From positions 81,098,001 to 81,162,000 of the forward strand of contig NC_086108.1 of the NCBI RefSeq assembly GCF_963921235.1: 64,000 nucleotides of DNA, given 5' to 3'. This DNA is from Mobula hypostoma (lineage: Eukaryota). A program made the position numbers and the translations under genes. Below are positions 38,233-52,322 of this stretch, piece after piece. Positions within the stretch are counted from its first letter, which is position 1, and each line of letters starts with the position of its first letter. The notes under the pieces are model-generated. The model did no database searches. It had not been told where the DNA came from and was given only the letters and a program-made list of their open reading frames with translations.

Positions 38233-39034
38233 AGCTTAATCAGTTAATTGGGGAATATTGGGACCAGTGAGTTTTGGCCAAATTAAACAACAACCCCAAT
38301 TAGCTGAAGCTTCATGGAAATAGTTAAAAAGACAAATTGAGGAATAAGTTATGTACTTTGTATTTAAATGAAATATGGAACAAATTAAAACATTACCAAT
38401 TGTACTACAGTACTATAAAACTGTGTATTAGTTCCTAATAGTTATTAATGAAAGAATTCATCCATTGTATGCAATGAACAAAATCAGTGCAGCCGCCTAG
38501 TGCAGATAATGGACTGCCTTCATACAGTGCTGTTGACTATTGCATCTTCTAAATCTTCATTTTAATTGTAACATTTAAGATGATTGTTGATACGTTCAAA
38601 TTCTTTGTAGTTCCTAACTTGTTGAAGTAGTGAAATTGTTTCATTTTTTTTCTCCTGGCTGTTTCTGGCATCTTCAAGCCTCAACGATTGAAGCTGCAGT
38701 GAGCAAAACAGTTCAGAGTTGTCTTACTGCTTATTTCTCCCCAACCATCAGTGACATAAATCACTGTTTATTGAAAACAAGCACATGCAATTGATGCTAT
38801 TCCAAAACTGTTCACGTTAAGCACGGTATAGTGTCTAATGGCCACACAAGTGCACGCGACTAATGCTAGTTAGAGCGTTTTCAGCAAGACTCCTGCCCCA
38901 ATTAAGCAACATAGTTTCCCAAATAAAAGAAGGGAATCCCAACAGTTTTCTCTACTTGTTTTTGTTCTTTAAGAGTTGTCCCAAATAAGTGGCTGCTCTG
39001 ATTAACTGATGGCCCAGTTAACTGGAATCCACTG
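38233..39034. mobile_element. pogo/Tigger-like non-autonomous DNA transposon in an old CR1 (~37865-39520, minus)
   Basis: Right end GGCCCAGTTAACTGGAATCCACTG followed by TA; subterminal (C)CCAATTAA repeats at both ends; left TIR eroded. Confidence 0.6.
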
Positions 39035-40436
39035 TATTTCCGCTGTACTGCATGTTGACGAGAACTGCACCCATACTCCATGCGCAGTATGACTTAACAT
39101 AATAACTCAACTACTATACTCAGTGCCTTGGCTAATGAAGGCAAATAGCCCATAGATCTTCCTCACAACTCTGCCGCCCTGTGTTTTCAGTTTTAGGCAA
39201 CTGCTAAATTCCATCTACCATTCCCTTGTCTGTAATCCCAGTTAATCTAGAACCTGTTGGAACCTTACACAATCTCCTTCAGTATCTACTATGCCACCAA
39301 TTTTGGCACCATCTACAAACTTACCACTCATCCCACTTCTATTTTCATCCAACAATATATATGACAAACAAGAGAGGATCCAACACTGATCCCTGCAGCA
39401 TGTTACTGGTCACAGGCCTCCAATATGAAAAACAACGTTTCACTAATACCTTCTTCTTCCTAGCAGCCAATAAGTGTGGTATCCGATTTACTAAGTCATT
39501 CTGCATCCAATCTATTCTGAACTTAGAACCAAATAGTGTATTGCCCATAACGCAGACAACACAATCTTGTTTTACAATGAAGTGAGGTCTTATTGTAGGA
39601 TCTTAAGCGTACAATATGCATCTAATGTGGGCATCAGGCCTGGCATTTAATCATTGCCTCAATGCCATTTTTTGCAAAGTCAGGGACTTTAGAAAATGAT
39701 AGGCCTCTCGATGTATTTGAAAAATGTTGACAGAGTGCCAAACACCCTTGCCACTGTGTCAAACTTAAAGCAAATTGTGGTCAGTGTGTGCATAGAGATT
39801 CCAAAAGAATTTTGGTTTTCTACAAGATTGGGTGAATTGTGGAAACAGTACACATTGCAGTTGTGTTCAGGATGGCTTAGCCAATGACCCTTTCTGGGAC
39901 TGTGGTGGTTACTCTGAAAACTTGAGTTGTGAACAATTTTACCAGAGGAGATTGAAACCCAATTGCTCTTGATGTGGTACAGCCACATCTGATAATGGAT
40001 GCTTAATCCAGTTTCATGGCTTAAAGAGTAAGTTGCAGTGTGAACAAACAACTCATTATTTTATGGGACAACACCTTGGAGCACAAAGTCCTTTTCTAAG
40101 TTGACTGAACTGGAGTGTGTTTCTGGATTTCAGACTCAGTTGAAATGCAGTCACCTGTAAGAAATAGATTAACAATACAGAGTTCTTGCCTTTGGCATTA
40201 CAGGCATTAGTGCTAAGTTGTATTGGTATTAAGGTGAAATCACTATATTAGAGTTGAGTGTTCCTTGGAGAATTGTGGAAATAACTCTCCACTCCTCATG
40301 CTTCACTTCTGCAAAATTCACCTGTATTCTGCACCCGAATCTATGAGTTGTTTCCCATACACTCTCTCAAGTTTATTGTCATTCAGCCATACACAGGAGT
40401 ACAGCTAAATTGAACATCGTTCGTCTGGGGCCAAGG

Positions 40437-40905
40437 TCATAGTCGTAGTCATAGTCATACTTTATTGATCCCGGGGGAAATCGGTTTTCGTTACAGTTGC
40501 ACCATAAATAATAAATAGTAATAGAACCATAAATAGTTAAATAGTAATATGTAAATTATGAAGTAAGTCCGGGACCAGCCTATCGGCTCAGGGTGTCTGA
40601 CCCTCCAAGGGAGGAGTTGTAAAGTTTGATGGCCACAGGCAGGAATGACTTCCTATGATGCTCTGTGCTGCATCTCAGTGGAATGAGTCTCTGGCTGAAT
40701 GTAATCCTGTGCCCACCCAGTACATTATGTAGTGGATGGGAGACATTGACCAAGATGGCATGCAACTTGGACAGCATCCTCTTTTCAGACACCACCGTGA
40801 GAGAGTCCAGTTCCATTCCCACAACATCACTGGCCCAACGAATGAGTTTGTTGATTCTGTTAGTGTCTGCTACCCTCAGCCTGCTGCCCCAGCACACAAC
40901 AGCAA
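40437..40905 (-). mobile_element. Rex/Babar-type LINE 3' fragment with (ATGACT)n tail
   Basis: Same family as 22047 and 45391; possible TSD CAAGG (40432-36 / 40903-07); sits inside an older Rex-like remnant at ~40367-41330. Confidence 0.85.
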
Positions 40906-42559
40906 GGCACAGTACATATAGTCGCACACAGCACACAGCATGTATAGTTATGATCCAGCAGATACATCTGTAGTTACAACCCAGCACATACAGTCACAAA
41001 ATAATATCAGCTTAAGTCCCTGAGTGACATGGCCTGAAGCTTGATGGTGCATGGGATGTTGTCCTGAGCCAGATTTCTGTAAGGATAAGCTCATCTCACA
41101 CTGGATAACTTGCAAATGAAGGCAATCCAGGGGTTAGCCTTTAACCCAGCATGGATTCCAGCGTGCTTGTCACGCTCCTGTGTTCTCTCACATTGCTTCC
41201 GGCGCCTCCTCCCCTGGGTGGCTGTAACAGGTGATGCTGCGATATGAGGGCTGGGTCCGAGGCTACGCAGTTTCTCTGTTGCTGGTCTTGCCAATGACCT
41301 AATGCACTGGACTTGCAGTATTTTGTATCATTAATGTGCAGAGTCTTGCAACCATAAGAAAAATGTTTAAGACAAACATTTTCACCATTTGCCAGACTTG
41401 GAGAGGCTGCATGACTTAAGTGCACCACTACTTTACACTTCCTGAAGATGATCCTAACGGGATTGCATTTTGCTAAGTAAAATGTCAGTACTTCTCTTTT
41501 TAATTTTGTTCTGCTGCCTCTTGTGGCTTGTGAAAGCAGCACTAGTCAAAAGCAACAGGAGCTTTCTTTCTAATCCAGCAACAATATGGCATGATTACTC
41601 AAATCTCTGATTTCTTTCGTATTTCTGTCCTGGTAAGTAGTATAGAATTATTGCAACAACATGTGTCAGACTAGTAGACTGCAGCTTGCCCAACACTGAG
41701 TTCTCTGTTTAAAGAGGAGGCTACAAAAGGGGAACGGGGATCGTGAAAGGGTCAAAGGACATGTTGAGGGGGTGGCAAGTTGAAAGCTGTGGCATGTGAT
41801 ACTTTGGCAGGGAGGACCTAGTCATTTTTCTTCTAGGAATGGAGATACAATCAACGAGCACTGCACCACTTCCTGTGCTTTTGGTGCATGCAACTTGCAA
41901 AGTACATCGTGCAGTAGTCTGATAATATTTGTAAATCTCGTGCTGGAGTCAATGAAAGAAAAAGTGCATGCAGTATCCTCACCTGCCACCAGGTGCCACT
42001 CTCCTCAGCAGCTGTGGGGAGAAATCACGGACTCAGCTTCAGATGTAGCAACTCCTTCAAGGCAAATTTCCTTGCAAATACATCTTTTAAACCAACACAA
42101 TCATACATGCAAACTCTTAACCTGGCATTAGCGTTGCAACTACATGCCATTTTGTCAGTCATTCAGAAGGAAAATCAGTTACTGCAAGGGCTGAAAGTTG
42201 TCAAAATGAACCATTTGGATGATTTGGAACGCTCAGCTGGATAGTATAAGAACCAAATATATATAATTCACCACAGAATATTTGTACATAATTTAGAATT
42301 AGATTTACTTTTGTTTCTTCTGTTCATTTCCTCCTTTTGTCCTTATCAATTCAAACACCAAGCATTTTATCACATTGGCGTCTGGGAGCTTTAGCAGCTA
42401 TTTTTCTCTGAGTAGAGCCAGCTCATTTCTTGTTTATTGGATGATACTACTTCCAACAAAGCTTGAATTGCCAGCTTGAGTTAATAAAAAAGATATTTTA
42501 AATGAATCCTAATGCTGTGATAGCGAATGGGAATGGTGGATATACTAGACGCCATCATC

Positions 42560-44720
42560 CAAAATTCCAGAGTCAAGAACTATTCCCACAAATTGGAAAG
42601 TAGCAAATAATGGCATTACTTAAAAAAAGGAGGAAGAGAGAAAATAGTGATGTACAGACTGGATAACCTTAGGGAAAAATGACAGAACTGGTTATCAGAG
42701 CTGGTTAGAGTTGATATGGATTTATGAAAGGGAAATCACATTTGACAAATCTGCTAGAGTGTTTTGAGCTGAATCGATGGGGGTGGTGGTGGTGGTGGTG
42801 GAGGGAGAATAGTGAAATGTTGAGCATTGGGACTTTCAGAAGGTCTTCAAAAAAGTGCCACACAAGATGCTACTAAATAAAAAATGAGCACAAGGGGCTG
42901 TGTGTTGTAACTTGCATGGGTTGAAGAACTGGTTAATGGATATAAAAAAGATATAGCAATCCTCGTATCATTTTCAGTGCTGGAGCTTCCGACGTTCAAG
43001 GTTGATGTCAGTGATTTGGAAGAGGGGTGCAATGAATCCAAAACTGTTGGTGATCCAAAACTGGATGGCAATCTGAATGGTGAGGAAAATGCAACGGGAT
43101 TTCAGAGGGATGTAGACAGGCTGAGTAAATGGTCAAGGGCACGGCTGACAGAAAATAAAATGAAGAAATGCAAGTTATCCATTTTTGTTGATAAAAATAG
43201 AAAGTAGGGGAATTTTTTAATGGACAGAAATTGAAAAGTGTTGAAAGGGACCTATATAGCCTTGTTCCCAAGTCACTGTACATTAACGCTCATTATAGCA
43301 AGCAATTGGGAAAGCAAGTGGTATGTTGGCAAGAAATTTTTAGTACAAGAATAAAGATTCTCACCACAATTATGTTTAATCCTAGTGAGAGTGCACTGGG
43401 AATACTGTGGATATCTCTTCATAACTGAGAAAGACCATGCTTTCAATAGGTAGATTTATGAGATAGAGGGAACACGTGCAAAATGTTGACTGTACTTTTC
43501 TCCATATATGCTGCCTGGCCTGCTGAGTTCCTCCAGCATTTTGTGTGTGTTGCTTGGATGTCCGACATCTGCAGATTTTCTCGTGTTTGTAATGAGATAG
43601 AAGGTTGTCTAATGAGAAGAATTTTGACCAATATTGTTTTGAGCTCAGAAGAATGAGAGATGACTTCACTGATACTTACTAAAAATCTTCTTGTTTTTGA
43701 CAGACTAAATGCAAGAATGATTTCTCTACTGCTGGTGCATCTAGAACCATGAGAGGTGGTCCCAAAATATGAGATTGACCTTTTGGAACAGAGATGATGA
43801 GAAATTCTTTAGAATCTTCAGACCTAATAATATAGATCCATAATTCCTTGAAAATGGCATTACAGGTAGATAGAGTCCTAAAGAGAGCTTTTGACACACA
43901 GGTCTTCATGAACAAGGCATTGAGTACTGGAGTTGGTGAGGCTTAATTTGGAGTATTGAGAGCAGTTTTGGGCACCTACCTACAGGAAGGTATCAATAAG
44001 ATTCAAAGAGTGCAGAGAAAATTTACGGGGATGTTGCCAGAACTTGAGGGCTTGAGTTATAGGGAAAGGTTGAATTGGTGAGGATTTTATTCCCTGGAGT
44101 GTGGGAGAATGAGGGAAGATCTTACAGAGTATACAAAATTATACTGTAGGGTTATAGACAGTGTGAATACATGAAGGCTTTTTCACCTCAGGTTGAGTAA
44201 GACCAGAACTAGAGTCATAGGGTTAGAGCAAGAGGTGAAATATCTGAGGGGAAACTACTTCCCTCAGAGCGTGGTGCAAACGTGGAATGAACTGCCAGCA
44301 GAAGTGGTAGATGAGAATACACTTAAGAGGAGTTTGGACAACATGGATGGGAAGGTTTGGAGGAATATTGACTGGGTGTAGGTAGCTGATACTAGGCGGA
44401 AAATTATGTCAGCATGGACTGGATGGATGGGTTGAATGGTTTCTGAGCTGTAATACTCTATGACTTATAATTCTCTATGCCAGAAGGCTGATTATATTCC
44501 AGAAAGAGTTTAATAATATTTTGCATATAATAGGAATCAAGGAACATGGGGTCAGTAGAGGAAAATAGCACCATGGCAACTAAGTAGCAATGAGCCAAAT
44601 GAATAGTGGAGCCAGTTAAAGACAAAAAATAGCCTTCTCCTTCTTCTATTTAGTATTAAAAATAAATCAGCCATGATCGAATGGCAGAACAGACTCGATG
44701 GGCTGAATGGCCTAATTCTG
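42560..44720 (+). mobile_element. Old CR1 with a nested HER1-type CR1 fragment (~43820-44465) and a PLE repeat (43480-43590)
   Basis: ORF 42977-43207 (FQRDVDRLSKW) and ORF 44193-44381 (FPQSVVQTWNELP); CR1 tail at ~44660-44740. Confidence 0.8.
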
Positions 44721-45390
44721 CTTCTATGCATTATGGTCATATTATTTTATCATGCTGATGTAAATGTTCCCTCTAACTTTTATAGGAGTTTTCAATGGAA
44801 GGAGATCCATAAGCTAATGCAACTATTTCTCACCACCCCTTTCTACCATTCACCCTATTTTCAGAATACAAAATTGACAGAGGAAGATATAAAGTTAAAA
44901 TCTTTCTCGGAGGGCCAGAGCTGTATACTCGCTCAACATTTTCTTCACCTGTTGGTTTAATGGATAGTGTTAACATACATTTTAACCTTGAGGTTTCCGT
45001 TACCACTTGCACTTTCAATTGTATGAAATGTCAAACCCCTTCAGGGAAAGAGAGATGAGGGAGAAAGAGAGAATAGGAGTAGGTATCCAGAGCGAAAGAC
45101 AATGAGTAAATGAATGCAGTTATAAAGAAGGAAATGGTTGTGCTGAGGAGGGAGAAATGATCTGCAACTGTGTATGATGCCTTTGGGAGCGAGGGGGAAA
45201 GTCCGAGGTCAGCCCGTCACTGAGGAAGTTTTACGGTTGGGGGTTTGGTGGTGTTGGTGGTGGGGTGAGGGGAAGGAGGAGTCATGCATTAACTGAAGGA
45301 GAGCGGAAGAAGAGTATCAAGATGAATCAGACTGTGCTCATTGGGTTTGGAGATTGAGGACTACCAGCCTGCTTAGTTTAGAGGGAAAGA

Positions 45391-46008
45391 AGTCATAGTC
45401 ATAGTCATAGTCATAGTCATACTTTATTAATCCCGGGGGAAATTGGTTTTCGTTACAGTTGCTCCATACATAATAAATAGTAATAGAACCATAAATAGTT
45501 AAATAGTAATTTGTAAAGTTTGATGGCCACAGGCAGGAATGACTTCCTATGACGCTCAGTGCTGCATCTCAGTGGAATGAGTCTCTGGCTGAATGTACTC
45601 CTGTGCCCACCCAGTACATTATGTAGTGGATGGGAGACATTGTCCAAGATGGCATGCAACTTGGACAGCATCCTCTTTTCAGACACCACCGTCAGAGAGT
45701 CCAGTTCCATCCCCACAACATCACTGGCCTTACGAATGAGTTTGTTGATTCTGTTGGTGTCTGCTACCCTCAGCCTGCTGCCCCAGCACACAACAGCAAA
45801 CATGATCGCACTGGCCACCACAGACTCGTAGAATATCCTCAGCATCGTCCGGCAGATGTTAAAGGACCTCAGTCTCCTAAGGAAATAGAGACGGCTCTGA
45901 CCCTTCTTGTAGACAGCCTCAGTGTTCTTTGACCAGTCCAGTTTATTGTCAATTCGTATCCCCAGGGTTTTGTAATCCTCCACCATGTCCACACTGACCC
46001 CCTGGATG
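45391..46008 (-). mobile_element. Rex/Babar-type LINE RT C-terminus and (ATGACT)n tail
   Basis: ORF 45453-46028 (YKTLGIRIDNKLDWSKNTEAVYKKGQSRLYFLRRLRSF); (AGTCAT)5 at 45391-45420. Confidence 0.9.
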
Positions 46009-46679
46009 GGAAAAAGGAAGCATGGCAAACTAAACTAATGAGACAGAAATAGTCATTCCCAATCATAATGGAAGTTATTTTGGGGAGTTTTTAAAGGGGG
46101 CACTGATGGAGACACCAAGTTTTCTACTCTTAATTCTAAATATAAAGCTCTGTAAGTATGCCTCAGCCTTCCCTTTACCTGCCCAGCAGCTGAACTCAAT
46201 CACTGAGACAGGAGTGATCTACTGACACATTGTCCTTCATCACCCACCCATGTTTTAAATTCATTTCATTGAAGATGATTTATTTTCACTTATAATTAAG
46301 GCAAGGGGTGTCCAATAAGGAAATGATGGAGATAATAACATTTAGATTCTTTTTTCAGGTGCTAAGAGACTTCTTATGTATGGCCAATGTTTTCTGTTTA
46401 TAACTCTGAATTCCAGCAATTGCAATTTCTCTTCTTGGTGCCAGTTCCTCATTTCTATGCTTTGAAGGTGCATTGTAGGAAATTGGCACCCATGGTCTAT
46501 GGCCCTTTGTTTAAAAAATAGTCCTAGGAATGATATACCTTTTGAATCCTTGCCTATGGTGAGGTGTGTGACTGGTATGTCTGTAGAGACAGAAAAATAA
46601 ATTAATACGGCAGATGGATAATTTTGCTGCCAAATTGGCCATACTTAACGGCAACAGAAAAAACAAGTTGCCTGAATGG

Positions 46680-47000
46680 TTGAATCCTGAAGCCTGTGAT
46701 ATGCCCAGAGAGGTGTTGGTCCTCAAGCTTATATTAGGCTTTATTCAACAAATGCAGGAGGTCACAGACAAGTAGATTAGAGTGGGAGTGGGATGGAGGA
46801 TTAAACTGATGGACAACCAGAAGCTGTAGGGTGACCCCGTGGTTTGAACGGAGATGTTTGTCAAAGTGGTCACCCAATCGTTTCTCAAATGTAGAGTAGA
46901 CTACATCACAGGCGTCAAATACAGAGACTAGATTGGAAGAAGCACAGTTGAATTGCAGCTTCACAAGGAGTGACTGTCAGAATCCCTGAAAAGATGGATG
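46680..47000 (-). mobile_element. Penelope-like GIY-YIG endonuclease remnant
   Basis: ORF 46734-46964: FNCASSNLV...KRLGDHFDKHLRS...VVHQFNPPSHSHSNL. Confidence 0.75.
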
Positions 47001-50000
47001 AGGACAAAGTGCTCAGGTAGTGCCTGATTAACTGTCATTTCCTTTCAAAAGAAAAATAGAGAGTCCAGCATACCTGAGATCCATTAACCGACTCAGCACA
47101 GACAAAAATCAAATTTTCTTTATTTGTATTTTCATCATCATGCATCTGTTACAGATGTTAGCGAAAGGCACCCTCCTACCCCATTAATCATCTGCAACAC
47201 ACACATCTCTGTCTCATACCATAAAGGACTGGCATGTGTGTACCTTCAAAATCTGGTCACCTTTTTTGACTGCTCGCGTTTGCACAAGAAGGAATGAAGA
47301 ATTTGAGCACCAGTTGTCTCATACATCTCAACATTTTTAAGAAAAGAAGGGAGAAAATGATAAAACCATTGTGAGGCAAGCCAAAAGTGGGCCGTCCAAG
47401 AAAAAGAAACACACTGCAGAGAAATTTCAGGAACCTATGTAACTCAACAAACTCATAGAGTTTTTTTTTACAGGGTTTAGAGCTACATCAAAGGCTGTTA
47501 AAGTGCCTGGGATATCTTGGGAAAAGTACGTTACTCCTTTGGTGGAAGAAGACCGTGTCAAGGAACAGCTGGACAGGTTCAGCCTGTTTGTCTGGAAAGC
47601 AGGTTCTCCATCAAAGTTACAGTTTAATACCTGACACACTATGTCGAGACTCTTGGGGAACTGGGCGGTGAGATCCATCCTAATTAATGGCCAGTCACTC
47701 TGATGGTGATTATAGAACTGGAATGTAAATACCTTGGGGACAGTGATTAGAACAGGTCATCCTAAAATAGGCCCTATGTTTAAATAAAAGAAGAGCAGGA
47801 TATATGCATGGAAATGTTTACTTAATGTTAGACTTTACAACATCTGTCCTGTGTATGCACGTGGTTTCTATTACTTAGTTTTAGTGATGTAATGAACTGA
47901 TTTCCTCTTTGGCAGTGATGGTTAGGAAACAGTCTTATGCTGGCTACGATGCTTTTCTTGGGAGGAGAGATCAATTGCAAGGAATAGGGCCTATGGCTCC
48001 ATTTGTAATTAACCAACACAGGCTGCTGGAATCAACATTTAGGGCTGGGTGAGTGAGGCGAACGTGCTTGCAGTTCTTGAGATCTCTGGGCGCAAGGATG
48101 TTGGGAGCATGAGACCATGAAACAGCATGAAAAATAAATGTCCGCCCTAGCTCCTAGATTGATACCAAAGCCGTAAAATGACTGTTGGATAGGGAATGTT
48201 AGAAAAAAAGAAATCCCTTCAGGAAATGCAGCATGTCCTACCTATGCATCTAAGGTCTCCTTGCAGCTACTGACATCAGCTCTACACAGAGGATGATTCT
48301 ACCTGTCAATCTGCTTGTTAAAATGATTGAAGGATTAAAGCCAGATGAAAGTAGTTATTATTACTCACAGACAAAGCTGTTCGAGGTTGGAATGGAAAAT
48401 TGTTTTGTGGAATGTTTAATTATGCCTGCCTTCCCTAAATTAAAATGAACAGTAGAGCATCTGGGGAAGTACAAACAGGATGATAATTTAGGCAGCACTA
48501 AAACGAGAATTTTAGGAAAAGCACTGTCAGTGGTAACGCTATAAAAAATACAAGCTCACCAGGAAACAATCACAAAACCCCCATAGTGCTTTCTTGAGGT
48601 TCAATTTTTATAAAATGAAAGAGTTAATCAGTCTGCACAGATCACTGCTGTCTCCTCGCTGTCGTGCCTCTGCAGCAACAAACTTCGCTACATCTGATGC
48701 TGGTTAAAAAGGATCTATGAGGAGTATTTCCTGTGGTTTTACTACGAATACTTGGGTTTATCACTCTGATGGCCTCTTTCATCCTGATGAACCCCTCTTT
48801 TGAAATGACCCTCTTTGACGCACTCTGCAGCTTAACATATTGCTCTCTAGATTGGGAAATTAGTTCATCTTCCAGTCTCATTCAGCAGATAGTATCAGAT
48901 GGTTTCCTCGCTTGTGATCACTTGAAGGTCTGCACAAAGTGGAGATCGTTTTCATGCTGTGTTTTATGACTCTGCGTTGAGATGTGGTTTTTATTGCTGT
49001 TGTGTGTGAGAGGGGGCCAGAAGCCTCCTCTGTCACGCAAGGGATAAGGACTACTACAGGCTGCGGTTACAGCAAACTATGCAGTCCCAGAGACACACCA
49101 GCACTAATGCTGGGGTTTGTGATCAATCAGATAATGCAGAGTAGGCTTACAGTAATGAAATTCAGATCAGTGTAAAAGTTATCATGTTATCATTCTAAAT
49201 CCACTGGGTACATGAGTGGTATAGGAAAGTATTAAAAACCTTATGAAAAGTCCTCTGGGACGGTTTATTAAAGGGACTTTTCGAGGAAAATGTAATACTA
49301 GATATTTATTGCTATATTGTAATTAAGCTCTTATTCATATTCAAAAATAGAAATTTACTGCTCAGCTAAACTAAGATAAATTCTGGCAGATTTTCCCTTT
49401 CTTACCACAAGCATCATGAGACTAATTATAAGTTCCAAAAAGCTACCCTGTTGAAAACAGTTATCTCAGCACAGACCAGGTGGTATATGAGGGACTTTTG
49501 CAGATTGCATGACTCAGTGCCGTAGACATTGTTGTCGTTGCTCAGTTAAATGCTCACGGTTGTCAAGTATGAGCTTGCATGAACTCTGAGAGCACTGGCA
49601 TTCAAGGTGAGAATCGAAACGCAGACAGCCAAATAACCAGAAAGTGAATTCCTGGAAAAGGTGTGCAGAAAGCTGCCTCTAAAATGCTTATTGAGCTCTC
49701 AGTGACACGCAAGTCTAACGGTACTTTTTTTTTTAGAATTAATCAAAGTTCCTTGTGGTTACGTATGCATCCTGGGATGATGTTCTGTCTGAGGTAATCA
49801 GTTCTTGACTTATATCATCACTTCAGCACATAATTTACTAAACCCACAGTTGATAATCTTATAATTGTATTTGTGATGAAAAGAAAAACTCCAAGGATTT
49901 AAAATAGAATCTGTGGCCCAGAAATTCATTGGTGAATTTTTTTCTGGCCTTTAGTAGACGCCAAAATGCTGCCTCAAATAGGCCTAAAAACTAAAAATCA

Positions 50001-50488
50001 TTGATGTTGTTTCCAAAATCACATTAGCTGGTTCCTTCCCGTAACGTTACATTGTTCCTGTATAAATGGGTGGTGGAATTTCACATGTAAAGACCAACTT
50101 TCTTCATAGTTCTGACCTGATGAAGAAAGCCTTATAGAGTTGAACTCTAACAGCCAGCATTCTTTCAGCTACAGGCAAGGAAAGAGGGCAAATTACAGTG
50201 ATGGAGTAAGGAAGTGTCGAGTCCTCCCTGGGCATCTAAAGAAACTGCCGAGACCTCTAATGATTAGTGTGCAGACCAGGTAACTTTCCTATACAAAGAC
50301 ACTCAGAGAAGGAAGTCTGGTAGAGCTTCTGCAATGTAACAGTGAGTAGCCAAGTTTCAAAAGTAGCATATTTCAACAGAAAGAACCACAGCTTTGACAA
50401 GGGATGATACTGTGTCAGAAGAATAATCAAATTTGGCTATAAACCGAAGAATCAAAAAGAAGTGCTCAGACTGTTTGGGTGTACTATA

Positions 50489-51017
50489 CATTCAGTGGCC
50501 ACTTAATTAGCTACCTCCTGTACCTGATAAAGTGGCCATTGGGTATATGTTCATCGTCTTCTGCTGCTGCAGCCCATCCACTTCAAGTGCCATGCGTTCA
50601 GAGATGCCCTCGTTCACAGATGTTCGGAGTGCATACCACTGTTGTAACATGTGGTTATTTGAGCTACTGTCACCTTGAACTCTCTCACTAACATGGCATT
50701 TTCACCCACAGGTCCGCAGCTCACTGGATGTTTTTTGTTTTTCTCTCTGTAACTCTAGACAGAGACTGTTGTGCATGAAAATCCCAGGAGGTCAGCTCTT
50801 TCTGAGATACTCAAACCACCCTGTCTGGGACCAACAATCATTCCGTGCTCAGAGTCATTTAGATCACATATTTTCCCCATTGGTCTGAACAACAGCTGAA
50901 CCTCTCCACCACGCCTGGATGCTTTTATGCATTGAATTGCTGCACATGATTGGCTGATTAGATATTTGCATTAACGAGCAGGTGTATAGGTGTACCTAAT
51001 AAAGTGGCCACAGAGTG
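50489..51017. mobile_element. Tc1-type non-autonomous transposon
   Basis: TIRs CATTCAGTGGCCACTTAATTAGCTAC / GTACCTAATAAAGTGGCCACAGAGTG; TA at the left end (right TA mutated); an extra internal TIR copy at ~50520-50545. Confidence 0.8.
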
Positions 51018-51149
51018 GAGGCTCCCAACTAGGCAGGACTTCAAATTTACAGGCAAAACACAAAGGAGATTACAAATACCCCAGTATTTAAATTTGGTGG
51101 GAATAGCCAATATAGAAAGATATTGAGAACTGTGGAAGAACAGAGTACA

Positions 51150-51281
51150 CCAGAGACTTCAAATGCTGGAATCTTGAGCAAAAAAAACCAAACAAATTGC
51201 TGTAGGAACTCAGTAAATTGAACAACATCCGTGGAAGGAAAGGAATTGTCAACATTTTGGGTGGGCACCCTGCATCAGGAC
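51150..51281 (-). repeat. Penelope-like terminal repeat with degenerate hammerhead
   Basis: Minus strand 51281-51248 reads GTC CTGATGC AGGGTGCCCACCC AAAA TGTT GAC. Confidence 0.65.
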
Positions 51282-51629
51282 CGAGAGAACCTTGGAGCAT
51301 ACTTCCATAAATTTTCAAGAGTAGCTGAACAGGGCAATTGGCATTTAAAGATCCAGTGGCATTCTTTCTTCATCAACAGAAGAGGTAGGAGGAGTAGAAT
51401 AGACAACCCTTTACACCTGATCCACCATGCTTTACGATCAAGGCTAACCTTGCACCTCAAGAATTATCCCTATATCCCTTATTTTTCCATTACCCAAAAA
51501 TCTATTGGATTCTGTATGAATGTAACAACCAGACTTCCACAGCTGGCAAAATCACCTTCTAAGCGATAAGCTCTAAAGATAAGTAAGAAGTTGTTACCAT
51601 GGGATGATTATCAATTCCAAATAGCTAAT

Positions 51630-52085
51630 GATGGCTCTTGGCCTGTACTCACTGGAGATTAGAAGGATGATGGTGGGGAGGGGTGGGAGACTTGGGAATC
51701 TCATTGCGGTCTACTGAATATTGAAAATCCTAGGTAGAGTGGACATGGAGAGAATGTTTCCATTAGAAGGATAGTCTAGGACCAGAGGTCACAGCCTCAG
51801 AATAGAAGGGTGTTGCTTTAGAACAAATATGAAAAGGCATTTCTTTAGCCAGAGGGTAGTGAAGGTGTGGAATTCATTGTCACTCAAGGCTGTGGAGGTC
51901 AGGTCATTAGGCATATTTAAAGTAGAGAGTAATATGTTCTTGATTGGTAAGGGAGTCAAAGGTTATGGGGAGAAGGAAGAGGAATGGGGTTGATGGCAAA
52001 AATAAATCAGCCATGATCAAATGGTGGAGCAGACCCGATGGGTCAAATGGCCTATTCTGCTCCTATAGTCTTATAGTATTATGGT
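51630..52085 (+). mobile_element. CR1 3' end
   Basis: Matches 9780-10190 and 26460-26871. Confidence 0.85.
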
Positions 52086-52322
52086 TTAAATAGCTCACCC
52101 CAGTTCTAAAGCTGTGACCCCTGGTTCCACTCTCTTCTTTCAGGGGAAATAACTTCCCTGCATCTAGTCTTTCAAGGCCCTTTTATTTGTAAGTTTTAAT
52201 TCACCTAAACTTAAAAAGAATAGAGTCATGCAGCATACCTGCCATCCCTAGAACCTGTCTAGTAAACCTTTGCTGTGCTTCCTCTATGGCAAGTACAACC
52301 TTCATGGTCAGGAGACCAAAAG

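Noticed and set aside
47474..47635. Strong acceptor-like T9-ACAG followed by open frames
   Set aside because: No convincing donor site or recognisable protein.
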